A stretch of 64,000 nt of DNA from Rhina ancylostomus (Eukaryota), in assembly GCA_030265395.1 (NCBI GenBank), contig JARFYF010000012.1, forward strand, positions 21,682,879 through 21,746,878, given 5' to 3'. Positions 52,303 through 64,000 of the stretch are shown piece after piece. The position numbers and the translations under genes were made by a program. How positions within the stretch are numbered: the first letter of the stretch is position 1; each line of letters opens with the position of its first letter. Under the pieces are notes generated by a model that searched no databases, was not told the origin of the DNA, and saw only the letters and a program-made list of their open reading frames with translations.

Positions 52303-55300
52303 CTTCAAAAACTGCAGTGAAGCCTGGTGGCAGTCAGGAAACATCCAGAGCAGATCAATTCAACATTGAGCAACCAGCACCAAGCTTTCCCAATGTAGCA
52401 TTCAATGTGGCTTTGCTAATTAATATTGAAAAACAGATAACATTGAATCACCTACAGAAACACCAGTGTTCGGTGCACATACTTCTAAGGCTGTATGGAA
52501 ATTCAGAACTCGAGTGCAAATACTAAATTCTACCAAGTCGACTGCTGGGGATTTCTTTGTTCTGCCCATCACTGGAATCTTCCTGATGCCAGGGGCAGAG
52601 TACAAAATTCCACATCTTTCACAGCACTTACACTGAAATCTGTCCACTGCCCTACCACCAGGTGCACAGTTGCTAGAATAACTAGCCCATTCATCTTTAA
52701 AAGAGGAATGTCTGGGAAAAGGAAGGGCAGCAGTCATTTACTTCACTTAATTAAATAAATGTTATTGCATTTAATTGGTTTAAGTGTTTTCTAGCGTTTT
52801 TAGTCTTACTCTTTAGATTCAGGATTTTTTTTTAAAGTTTTGAATATTTGGGAAGCAAACATTCAATTGCTTTGACAGCAGTAAAACTGAGTGCATGGGT
52901 TAACTGCCTGTCAACATGTATTTATGGGCAGAGCTCACCCTTTACTTTGGGTCTTGATCAGTTCAGAGCAGGCTTATCCAAAGTCATTCACACCAGGGTA
53001 CTGTTCCAACCAAGAGCAGGGCTTAGTGGGCAGTGACCACCAGTTCTGACGGGCAACTAGAACAAGGTCTAAACATTAATGGTGCAATGACAAAACACAA
53101 ATTAGGTACCCACTTAACACCTGCTGCACTGCAAAGGAACATAATAGGCAGGATATAACAGCAAGTTCTTCTTTCAGGTAAAAAATTACAAGTCTGACCT
53201 TTCAAACGAAAAAACTATGAAACACCTCAGCAGGCTACATGTGGCAGAAATTGGGACCTTTTCCCCCCCCACAAATGACAATTGACGCTAGATCAATTGT
53301 TAATCTTCAATCCAAAACTGATGTGTCGTTATCCAGAAGTATCAAGGGACATAAGGAAAAGGTGAGTAGGACACAGATCAGCAACGCTCTTACAAAATGA
53401 CGGTTTATTATATTGCAGACACTTCTGCAAAATTACGGATTGAGGAAGAAAACGTCTCTGCTACCTCCAATACATCTCCTCAATGATTGATTGGAAGCAG
53501 AGAGACATCTGTGCACTTCGCACTACATTGCCAACGAGTGGAGAAATATGCTGTAGGGTTAGTTTCATGGCTGCTAAAAAACCTCTGCCTCACAGGCCAA
53601 TTCAAACAAAGCTATCTCCTTCAACAGCTCAAAAACTGATCTGCTGTTTCCTGGTATCATAATGACAAAACTCATGATTATGCATAAAATGCTATTTTTT
53701 TTGCTTGCGCTCAAATAAAGATAATAAAAGAAGCAGCGAAAGTTTGGATAAGGTGGAGTACCTGAACATTATTCCAACCAAACACTAGATAAATCTTACA
53801 GGCATGTTTACAGTTGAAAAGACAGATTAAAAAAGATGGAAGTAATGAAGTTAAAATCTCTAGTCACTATTATCTTTCACATACATGTTTCTGAGCTAAA
53901 GTTAATCACCTTAATGCTGGATAAAAGGTGCTAGGATCAGCACTACTGAGCTGCAGCAAGCAAACGAAGAATTAGCCGGGACATCAACCCTGATCGTTGT
54001 CCAATGAACCCCCTTACCAGTAGATAAGATATGCACATGTAGACTTTTGTACTAAGAGTGAATAAGAGACAGTAACATAGCTCTGAATTCAAACTGCTGG
54101 CACACAAGCAGCAGTTGGATCTCACCAAAGTGTACACAGTGAACTACATTTATTGGATTTGGAGGGGCAAGGACATGCATCCAATAGCCCCACTATCTTT
54201 GGATATTGAGGTGTGGGAGAGGGGTCTCCTGCCAGTTTATTGCTCCCCACCTACCTCATGCATTACTCCAACCTGAGCAAATAATGGCTGCAATCAAAAC
54301 TGAATCTTAAGAATCAACGTCCCCTGACTAAAAAGGTCAGATTAATACCCAACCCACTGCTATGTTGGTCCATTTTTCCAAGTCCACCATTGAAGACATA
54401 CACAGACAAATAAGGGCCCCTGTTTTAGTCTATCATGTTCAAAACAGTCTGCCTTGAGTTGACAGAAGAAAGGCAAGTTTCTTTCTAAGAAAGCATTCTC
54501 CTGAAGCTGGGTTGAGTAAGGATACACCTGCCAGCACACCTAGCCCACCACCCACATCCCATTCCCCTCTGAGCAGATTCCCATGGCTGTTGTACAGACA
54601 CTGGACCCTAAATGAGATACACTGGAAGGTGCCTCAAACTCCCGACTTGCAGAAGCGTTGTCAGTCGTCCTGTTTCTAAGATACTTCACGCCAAAACTAA
54701 TTACGGACGTTTAGACCCTCTAGGTTCAGTCATCAAATGCCAGCACTTATGGAAAGTAAAAACAAGTAGCCAGTGCCCAAATAACTATCACACAGCACAA
54801 ACCAGTCACAGTAAAATTCCCATTAGGCATAGCCCTCCAACACAAACCAGCCATCTGTTTAGAAAAGCCATTACTGTATTATGGCTTCCAACCTGTGGTC
54901 TGTGGTAAAGCACATTATCAGTTTAGTAGAGGTAGTGTTGTGCCAGATCGGTGTTCTAACTGCAAGTTCCAGATGCTGTCACTGGGGTATGGAACTGGAA
55001 ACATTCAATCTCCCTCACTATGTAAAATATGTGAAGCAGCTTCATTAGAATAGAATCTATCGCTATCCTGTGTTAAACATTACTAATGAACTATTTAATC
55101 CACAAGGTCTGCACCTTCAGCTTCTGTTGGCACATGTCAACTTTGTCTTTTTTTCCCAAATTCTGTTAGATTTCTGAAGTGAGGAAGAGCTAAAAATCAC
55201 TACCTATCTGAAAGACAAACAAAGCCAACTCAATGTGTGCATACAAACGGCTCAGCAGCATTATCAATTCAAATTAGACATCATCCTTCACAATGATCCA

Positions 55301-56649
55301 CTACGTGGTCTTCCCTGATAAAAATTCTGCTTTTGTGACTCAGAGTCAATTAGAACATTGCTTCTAGCTGTGTAAAAAAAAGCAGGAACCTCATTATGTT
55401 TCATTAGAATCCAATTCTTTCACTGCTCAGTGAAAACTCACAATGCTAACGGATATATTAGGGTGAATAGCAGATATTGGAAGGGAAAATAAAAGGCCAA
55501 GGCAATTTTAACACCATAATTTCATCTAAGTCATGGAAAAGGTAACAATTAGCTTCAAACCACACGCCCCCCCCCACCACCACCAACAAAAACAATCAGG
55601 ACCCAGTGTACAGGATATTCAAAGATTTTAACTTATTTTTCCTTTTGCACAGTACATCAGGATTTAGCAGCATGCTTCATTCTAAGGAAAATCATCTGCA
55701 AGCTAACAACACACTGTCTTTGAAAACTTTTCCACTCTTACCCTGCTAAATCCAGAATATCAGGTTTGGCAGCCTCCAAAATCCCACTATCTAACTCCTT
55801 TATGCTCTTAAGTTTACACTGTGAGAAAATATTCAGTGGCGACTGACACTGCTGAGTCAGTCAATAAGCTGGAGGTGGAGCAAGGTTAATGGCAAGACAT
55901 ATAATAAACAGCTCATCTAAACCATGCACCAAATCAAGCATCTCCTTGGAAGTAATGACTGAAACTATGTCAACATCTCCCAATAAAAGCAGGATGAGTT
56001 CTTCAGCAAAATGCAATTGGTAGAGGATGATCACATCCATGTTTAATGGATTTATCCAATTATCTCCATTCTGGTCAAGAATAGACATGTTGTTAAATGT
56101 AGCTGTGAATATTAGGATTTCACTATAAAAACTGACCTAAAACAATGCTCATCTACATCTGCTGAATAGGCATAGGCAACAAGGCAGAACCAACCTCAAA
56201 GAAAGTTGGTAAAGAACCCGAGAATAACAGTGTCCAAGATAAAAACTGGCCGTGTCTAGAACCACCTTTGCAAGAGAAAGGGTGGTGGAGCAAGTTGATG
56301 ACACATGCATTTACCTTCTGAAATATGGGTTTAAACCTAGCCAGTGCAGACAGAAATAAAAATCCTGCTTCTGTTGTCTACAAGAAATCTGTGACACCAG
56401 CTTTGGGACAATTTCCATCCACTGGATGAACAGCATATGCCTGATACATGAATAAATGCAAAATGGCTCACAATTCAGTACACCTTGGCAATCACACTTA
56501 AAAACTAAAAATCACTGAAGGGCGATACTGTGGAAACAGTAAAGTTTTCAGTAGTGCAGGACGATCTCCATTTGATAGCCAGAATTAAAACACCTGGCTG
56601 TCTCACTTTATTCTAAATCAGAACTCACAACTTAAAGGTAACAGCGATT

Positions 56650-56946
56650 GACTGTTGCATTTATCAAACATGCTGCCTTTTATATGAAACATTAAGTCAC
56701 ACCTGCATGTTCCTTTGGATGTTAAAAGTTAAAATCCCAGGAAACCTTTCAAAGGACAGGGAGTTCAAAGAACAGTCAAGCAAAGGTTATCATAAAACTA
56801 TTTGCAGTTTGAGAGTTCTTACTGTGCACAATCTGACTGCCATGTTTACCTAAGTAACAACTGCAATCAGCAAAGACAAAAATAATTCATAGGCATAATG
56901 TGCTTTGGGGCAGTATGAAAGTGGTAATTAAATGCAACTTCTTTCC
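56650..56946 (+). mobile_element. Deu-domain SINE, strongly diverged
   Basis: TGCCTTTTATATGAAACATTAA...TGGATGTTAAAA...CTTACTGTGCACAATCTGACTGCCATGTTT...GCTTTGGGGCAG...TAAATGCAACTTCTTTC. Confidence 0.65.
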
Positions 56947-57329
56947 ATCACAGCATGCTGTGTTTGACAAGAAGGTACCTGACACTGAACCCCAACACGG
57001 GAAGTTTCTCAGGTCAGAATACCCTCACTTTGATGAGGGAAAAAGTCTATAGTTTCTAGTGGTTATTACTTTTACACAAGATCACCTTTGGGCAAAATTA
57101 TCTGAGAAAATACAGCATTTTAAGCTATGTTTCGTTTAAGTGCACAGAGCAAATGTTTCCCATTGGATTCTATTAAACTTGAATTTTAAAAATGACAGAT
57201 ATTAAGAATGAAAATTATTTTAGAAGCAGGCTGTGGTTCACAGAGAGCAAAAAAAATCATACAATGAAATTTACTAGACTCGAGCTAAATTAAAATATAC
57301 ACACAGGATGTGGGTGTTACCAGCAATAC

Positions 57330-57760
57330 AGCATTTATTACCCATCCCTAATTGTTTTGTGACAGTGAATCACATTTTTGAATCTCTGCAGCAAGGGGGG
57401 GGGGGGGGGGTCAAAACTGTGTTGTTAGGTTTATTTACNNNNNNNNNNNNNNNNNNNNNNNNNNNNNNNNNNNNNNNNNNNNNNNNNNNNNNNNNNNNNN
57501 NNNNNNNNNNNNNNNNNNNNNNNNNNNNNNNNNNNNNNCCCCATCACTGTGTTGTTAGGTTTATTTCCAGTTTTAGACCCAAAGAAACTGTGATACATTT
57601 TGAAGTTGGTATGTATAGGAAAGGAACTTGCAAGTGAAGGCAAATCCATAAACTGGATCATTTTGTCCTTCTAGCTGATCCTTTTAATAAGTTTAAGCTT
57701 CCAAGGACAAGCTTGAGTTATGGCCAGAAGGAAGCCAAGTGTTGCATTAAAGTAGACTTT
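57330..57760 (-). mobile_element. CR1-clade (second family) degraded 3' end, spanning a gap
   Basis: GCATTTATTACCCATCCCTAATTG and GAAGTTGGTATG...GGAACTTGCAAGTG are antisense to 2320-2500. Confidence 0.6.
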
Positions 57761-58376
57761 TGGACGTGAAATTATGCTTCTTATTTTTTTCTCTAACCCA
57801 AACCTTCAAAATGTAAGCAAAGCCTCTATAAAGCTCAAGTAGCTGAGGTTACATGCTGAGATGGGAGGGTGAAAATTTTCTCCTCTTGATCACCTGCTGG
57901 CAACTTTTACTGATTATACAGAGGGGTGGGATTATTATGATGTCACCCACTGTTAAAAATCAAAATGCATACTTCCACGTTAACACAAGACAAATAAAGG
58001 ATCAGACAGTAGAGGCTCAACCCACTAAGAAGAGGGAAGTGTAATGGGAGAGATAGCACTGGGAGCAAAATACACACCGGAAACAAATTGTTCTAATGGC
58101 AATGATGGTACAATCAATGTAGGGGGTAAGGGTAGGAAGATGGGGATAAATATGCCTTTGTTGTGATTGAACTTTGTCATGGGTTTATTTCTTTCCACTA
58201 ACTTTCCTGTTTCAAATTCCAGAATCCTCTTATGTGCCCTTAACAATAATCTGGCATTTCTGCTTTTTTTTATTGTCACATACACGTAACACTCCATAGA
58301 TGTTGCTAACTCTTTATGCACAATGAAAAGCAAAAAAGATAAAAAGACTAAAAATGAGAGTAAAGGATGAAGGAAA

Positions 58377-58830
58377 GGGGTGGCACAGTGGTGCAACAAG
58401 TAGTGCTAGATCGCCACATGAATGATAGAGAAATGGAGGGCTGTGTGGGAGGGGAGGGTTAGATAGATATTAAAGCAGGACGAAATGTCGGCACAACATT
58501 GTGGGCTGAAGGGCCTGTACTGTGCTGCAACGTTCTACGTTCTAGTGTTGCTGCTGCACAGCTCCAGAGACCTGGGTTGTATCCCGACACCAGTTCATTC
58601 TGCACACATTCTCCCTGCGACTGCATGGCTTTCCCTCACGAGCTCCGGTTTCCTCCCACCAGTTGATGGGTTATTCTGGCTACTATGAATTCTCCCAAAT
58701 GAAGGTGAAATAGGGGAGAGTTAATGGGCTCAAGAGAGAGAATAGGTTACAGCAAAATTTGGGGGAATAAGACTAATGGGAATGCTTTGAGAACTAGCAC
58801 AGACTAAATGAGCTGAATGGCCTCCTCTAT
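58377..58830 (+). mobile_element. V-domain SINE with a CR1 3' fragment nested in its head
   Basis: GGGGTGGCACAGTGGTGCA...[insert]...GCTGCACAGCTCCAGAGACCTGGGTT, then V core CTCCGGTTTCCTCCCAC and a CR1-like tail. Confidence 0.85.
58408..58542 (+). mobile_element. 5'-truncated CR1 3' UTR
   Basis: TCGGCACAACATTGTGGGCTGAAGGGCCTGTACTGTGCTG...GTTCTACGTTC matches the reverse complement of 44617-44669. Confidence 0.85.
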
Positions 58831-59693
58831 CAGAGCAAGAAATTGTGGTGATATACAAAGAATAAATGATATCCGGCAGTTATAGCACTGAAGTATCAGT
58901 GGGCTTCCTTCAGGGACCTGAGTTGAAAGCCTAATCTTGCTCATCTTCAACTGAGATTACTTTAATCTCCTTCCTGAAGAAACTAGAAGGGAACAGCCTA
59001 CGGTAGGAGGCAAATATTGGGAATTAGGCACTGAAAATGAATGTAAATTAATTTATATGTGCAGTGTGTGTGAATGCCAGCTTTGTTAAACTCTTACAAC
59101 AATGATCTTGGGTTCAAACAAAATTTTAGTTTATTAGCTTCTGTTTGCTCCCCAAGATTAATAGGTTTGCAAGAAAATAACATTTTTTGATGAGTGGTGC
59201 ATCAATATGCACAGGTCAGTTTCTTCAGTGTCGAATAATCTGCATTAGTCCAGCAGCAGATATGGAATTGCTGCCTTATGTACACAATTCAAAACAGGGG
59301 CATCTGTGTTTAGATTGCAGAGAACTGTTTTCACTGGATTTAAAACCTGGATTAAGTGACAATATAACATGCTAGGCAGTATTTTTAAATGTTTTCAATA
59401 TCCATCCTCTCCAGTTTAGGAAGATGAATGTGACAAAAAGACTTGAACTTTAAGCTCTTGAAGTTCAGATTTCATAACATCAAAGTTAAAAACAATGTTT
59501 AATGGATGGAACTGCAAGAGATTGAGCCATACCGATTATTGTTACTTAATGCCAGTCATCATAATAGTTTATCTATAAGTTTGTTGAATTTAATAGTGCA
59601 ATTTACATGCTTTCACAAGGCCTTAAAATTCACCAACTTACTGCAGTTTGTGCAGTGCCAATTAAAGTTTTCATTATCATTCCAACCTCTAAA

Positions 59694-59987
59694 TAAGATA
59701 TCTTTATTAGTCACATGTACATCATATCACAGTGAAATACATCTTTGCGTAAAGTGTTCTGGGGGTAGCCCGCAAGTATCACCACGTTTCCGGCACCAAC
59801 ATAGCATGCCCACAACTTCCTAACCCGTACATCTTTGAAACGTGGGAGTAAACTGGAGTACCCAGAGGAAACCCGTGCAGACAAGGGGAGAATGTACAAA
59901 CTCCCTACAGACAGTGGCCAGAATTGAACCCGGGTCGCTAGCACTGTAATAGTGATACTCTAGCTGCTACACTACCGTGCCTGCCCT
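59694..59987 (-). mobile_element. Full-length tRNA-V SINE with a non-CR1 (Rex1-like) tail
   Basis: Head GGCACGGTAGTGTAGCAGCTAG...GACCCGGGTTCAATTC (A and B boxes), V core, tail ATTTCACTGTG...GTACATGTGACTAATAAAGATATCTT. Confidence 0.9.
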
Positions 59988-61057
59988 AAATTGTTTCTTG
60001 CCTGAATTTTGTGTCTTTGAGTTGCTATATTTATATCTCTTGTCTATTCAAGAAATCAAATGGAAGAAGTCCAATGCAAATTGAAGAGAAATATACCCCA
60101 TTTTCTAAATAATATGCAAGTATCATTTGGTCCAAAAGCAACCAATTATACACTTGCAGGTATTAAGTACTAAATTTACCAAAAAGACAAATCAGTAGCA
60201 ATGATGCAAAGCTTAATTTACCATTACTACATCCTGATTGCAAAACTACCTAAACTGTTAATACAGGAGCATATTTACAGATACCCATACAGGAAGAGGA
60301 GATATGGAAAGAATTAGCTATGTACACTATTTGCTCATGTCCTCAAGCAGTTGGTTCTTACTTTCTCAAAAGACAAAATATCTTTAAAGATAGATATATT
60401 TAAACATCTGGAAAAACAATTAAACCATTACATTGTATTCTGCAATTTTACATTTACTCAAACCCTTCACTAATTTACAAAAACATTCAATGTGTATCTG
60501 TACTCATAAATAAATACCAATAAAACAGATACAGCACACTGGGCACTGAGAAAGGCAGGACATTAAGAGGCATCACTAAGATGCCTTGCACACCATCTGG
60601 TGGCCCAAGTATTTCTCTTGCTACCTCAGCTATAGGAAATGAGCAGCCCAGCCCAGCAGTGATACAAAGACTGAGGCACTGAAATTGAACTGTTTATTGG
60701 AGTCCAGCATTGCTCAACAGTGCAATCCTAACAGGATTACAACACATGAGAGAAAAAGAATAAATTTCTAAAGCTTTGTCATTCTTGTTTGAATACAAGC
60801 AGTAGAACTCAGCAAGTCACACACCAAGTTAACAGAACGATATTACTAGGTCAACTATCCATTTCAATGCTTAAAATTCTGCCCCAGGAAGACCAGAGAA
60901 TCAACCCAGTTTGGCTGTAGGCATTATGAAGTTTTATTCATGGCCCTTCCCAGCTCTAGAGCAAGGTGCGCAAGGGAAACCATGTGTGAGGGGGAAGGGG
61001 GAGAAAAAGGGCTCATACATGAAGAGAGAGCATGAGAGAGAAAAATGTGAGAAACAA

Positions 61058-61078
61058 GAGAGAGAGAGAGAGAGAGAG
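61058..61078. repeat. (GA)n microsatellite
   Basis: About 10 AG units. Confidence 0.9.
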
Positions 61079-62608
61079 TAAATCAGTTCAAACACTTTAC
61101 ATCAAATCAAAGAAAATTGGCATTTTGTATCACACAGGAGTATGTGGGTAGCTGGGAAGGGGGTACGTGATAAAGAAAAGCCAGAGAACCACTGCTCTAG
61201 AGAACCCTCATAGAAGAAATGGCAAGACACATGTATTATCTAAATGAAGTTCCAAAACACCAATTAATTTTTTTTCAATTTTCCTGGGGGGAAGAGGCTG
61301 GTCATGATAGAATTTTCAACAGTAGTCAACTGTTGTTTTCACTGTGCTACATCCACTTGGGAAAATATTGCAGAAGACAGCAGGATGATGGGTGAATGAC
61401 AAGCATTCTGAGGTGGCAAACACAATGCTTTCCCTCTGTTTCCAAGCCGTTGGTTCTAACCACATTTTTTTTTGTTATGACTCATTTCCATAGACTTGTT
61501 TTTGAAATTTCCATCAGAGCTTAAAAATAGTCAGTGACAGCAGTGGCCTGTTTCAGAGGCAGAAGTGCACAAATTTGAATCAAGGCACCACGTTGCCTTT
61601 CTTGTTTCTCAGACCACGTCGCCTGAAATGAAACACGAGTTGAGAACTTGCTGCAGCTGTTGAGTGGCTTTAGTTTTAAATTGTTTTCGAATTTCTAATT
61701 GTACATCATCATCCTGACCTGATTCCTGCAGAGATGGCATCTTGTGTGACATGGTTGGCATCACTGTGGATAAGGATTCAAGGCTGACAGCTTAAAAGGG
61801 ACAGGAGCTAAAACACATTGCAGCTCCCACAGTTTTTGTTTTCAGTTCACGTCACGTTCTTTGCAAACCACAGGCTTGTTGCTGCTTATGTAACCCTTCC
61901 ATCATTTCAAACATTCTGTTTGTGTGGTTTTAACGCCCTCATTCAGAATACTCTTACTAAACAGCTCCATCAGTGAAACTTTGCGGTGTTCAACACTGAT
62001 GACATCTGAACTCCTCCAAATGCCGTTATCCTTATAACTTCATTAACAGGATTCGCATAAAGCTGTATGTCACACAACTGCAGTCCCACAGTAATCCCCA
62101 AGAGCCAAATCTGCTAAAGTTACAATGCACAATAATGTCTATTCCTTGCTGATTTTGTAGGAGTTAAATGCTTTGTTAAAGTAAGATTTTCTGTTCCACG
62201 TTGTCATTGTTGACAAAGCTCCTGCTGTGGCTGACAGAGCGATCCATCAAATAACCAAAGTATGCTCTGAACTGCTAGTTCAGGGATCAAGCTTATAGCA
62301 AAGTTTTTTTTTCCATGACTGTACGGTATACTTTATTACCTTTATTCTTAAGATTAATTAGTTGTCACTTAGTATTACGAGCACAAATTCTTAGAATTAC
62401 TGCCAATTGGACAGAGATGGTGATTTGTAGCTTTTGTACTAAAGACTGTGATCATCTTTGATCTTGGGATCATACAATGCCACAGATGTTGTCCGATTGC
62501 TATTTTTGGTGCACCAGTAACAACTTGGGTAAACCTGCTCATTATTTGACAAGGATGGGTTGTAACTTTTATGCTTAACCTTGCAGGTTTCAAAGCTAGC
62601 CCAGCCAC

Positions 62609-62935
62609 TACTTCTCCTTAGGCATTTCCTCAGGTTTAAGGAAGACTTCCTGCCATTCCGGTTCTACTCATCAGTCACCCTAGTACCCAATATGGGAACT
62701 GGTGACTCTTTCACAGATGGGGCAGGAAGCGCCTACTGGGCAGGTGGGCGGTGCACTCCTACTGCCCCTTACACGGGACCTCCCTGTACCCCTTGCGCAT
62801 GGATGTGATACACGGAAACATGTCAAACATTCCTTCCCCACTTTGAATGGTCATGGGTCAGCAACTCCCAAGGTTTAATGGGGATGTTGCAATTCTTCCC
62901 AAGGAAGCTTTCAGCATATTCTTGGATTCTCCAAA
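62609..62935 (-). mobile_element. RTE-clade LINE 3' end, degraded
   Basis: CTTCTCCTTAGGCATTTCCTC...GGAAGACTT terminus; minus strand gives a KNMLKASL..NCNIP...LTHDHSKW-like RTE C-terminal motif. Confidence 0.65.
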
Positions 62936-64000
62936 TAGACGGGGAAAGCCCAGCCTCTTAACCGACTAATGACTGCCAAGCCCCAGTTCCTGCCTTCAGC
63001 AGCAGCACAAGTCTGAGCATTCAGTAGTAGCTTTCACTGTTCAGTCTCTCTTTGGCTCTCATGCCAGAAGTGGAGTTCTACCGAGATTTCTAAGAAAATA
63101 AATACCAAAGAGGCAATACTTTCCTCTGTTCAATTACTCTCAAGGAAAATTAATTCACTGTCTTTTGAATGAAATTGTATTATCTTCAATAATAGTTTTT
63201 GCTATATTCTCAGCAACACTAATGGAACCTCACTTTTGTCTGATGGCAAACTTGCTTTGCCTTAAGATAAATGGATCCTTTAGTGCAAATTAGCCACTAA
63301 AAACTGATAACAATTTGTTTTTTTAAAAAATACTAGGTCATTTGACAATATTCAGAACAGTTTTATAAATCATAGCTAACAGTCATTAGATTCATGCAAG
63401 GAAATGATGAGCTTTGGAGTGAGTAGGTCAGGAGGTGAAATGGACAGATTTTAAAGTTTTAAAGGGGCTTAAGAGTTTAAGGGGACAAGATATTGAAATT
63501 GCCAATCATATGGCAAAGGAAAATGCCATGCATTGAGAAAATTGGTAGGGATTAGGATTAACGCATTTTTCAGTATGAAAACAGACATAAAATCACAATG
63601 CAGTGTTAAAAAATGTGAGACTTGCATTCAACTTTGCACTCATCTAACCCTATAACAGCATATCCTCCTGTTCCATTCTGCCTTTCATGTACTTATCACC
63701 ATTCCCTTCAAATGCTTCAATACTTTTCATCTTACTGCTTCTTGTGGTGATGAAATCACACTGTGCACCCAGCTAAATTTGTCAATACAAACCTCAAGAG
63801 GTCTTTTGAGTTTTAATGGCCAATTTCTTTTTCATTCTGATATTTCCCCAAGAAACTTAAATTTCAAAACTTTTTACCCCTGCATCTTACCTATGGGGAA
63901 ATAAACGAGGGCAAAGTGTGACTTCTGGTTACATTGTCCCTGCAGCATGAAACCTCATGCCAGAATTGGTCATATGAAACAAAACTAATTTTAATTTCAA

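Noticed and set aside
55861-56140. Protein-looking ORF (MSILDQNGDNW...) with an upstream acceptor
   Set aside because: No family recognised, short, and no supporting neighbouring exons.
1-64000. Scattered D-box (TTATGTAA), RORE-like (3141, 33011) and AP-1 (TGACTCA) motifs
   Set aside because: Counts look near chance for AT-rich DNA, so they do not add support for a circadian interpretation.
1-64000. CRISPR arrays, operons, viral ORFs and tRNA genes
   Set aside because: No regularly spaced repeat-spacer array, dense coding region or viral motif was seen. The tRNA-like segments are SINE heads.

Overview
This is vertebrate genomic DNA: about 40% GC by eye, strongly CpG-depleted, with 10-N and 100-N scaffold gaps. 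The repeat complement (CR1 LINEs, V-domain/HE1-type SINEs, Deu-domain SINEs, L2, Rex1/Babar, RTE, Tx1/L1 and Penelope-like fragments) points to a cartilaginous fish, probably a batoid; the taxon is inferred from remembered repeat consensus sequences. I can support no intact protein-coding gene, rRNA, tRNA or CRISPR array. The long ORFs in the track are broken retroelement ORFs, microsatellites, or ORFs that span gaps. The window looks like a large intron or intergenic region, and the A-rich + strand hints at a host gene on the - strand. I did not find a convincing new biological system. The most notable signals are: a diverged ~140-bp direct repeat with three perfectly conserved blocks (12.0 and 13.5 kb), a triple nuclear-receptor half-site array (23.1 kb), a cluster of CACGTG E-boxes (17-44 kb), a TA-flanked MITE inside a CR1, a 22-bp micro-inversion in a Penelope GIY-YIG fragment, and a V-SINE with a Rex1-like tail. 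Repeat boundaries are approximate and family names come from recognition, not database searches.
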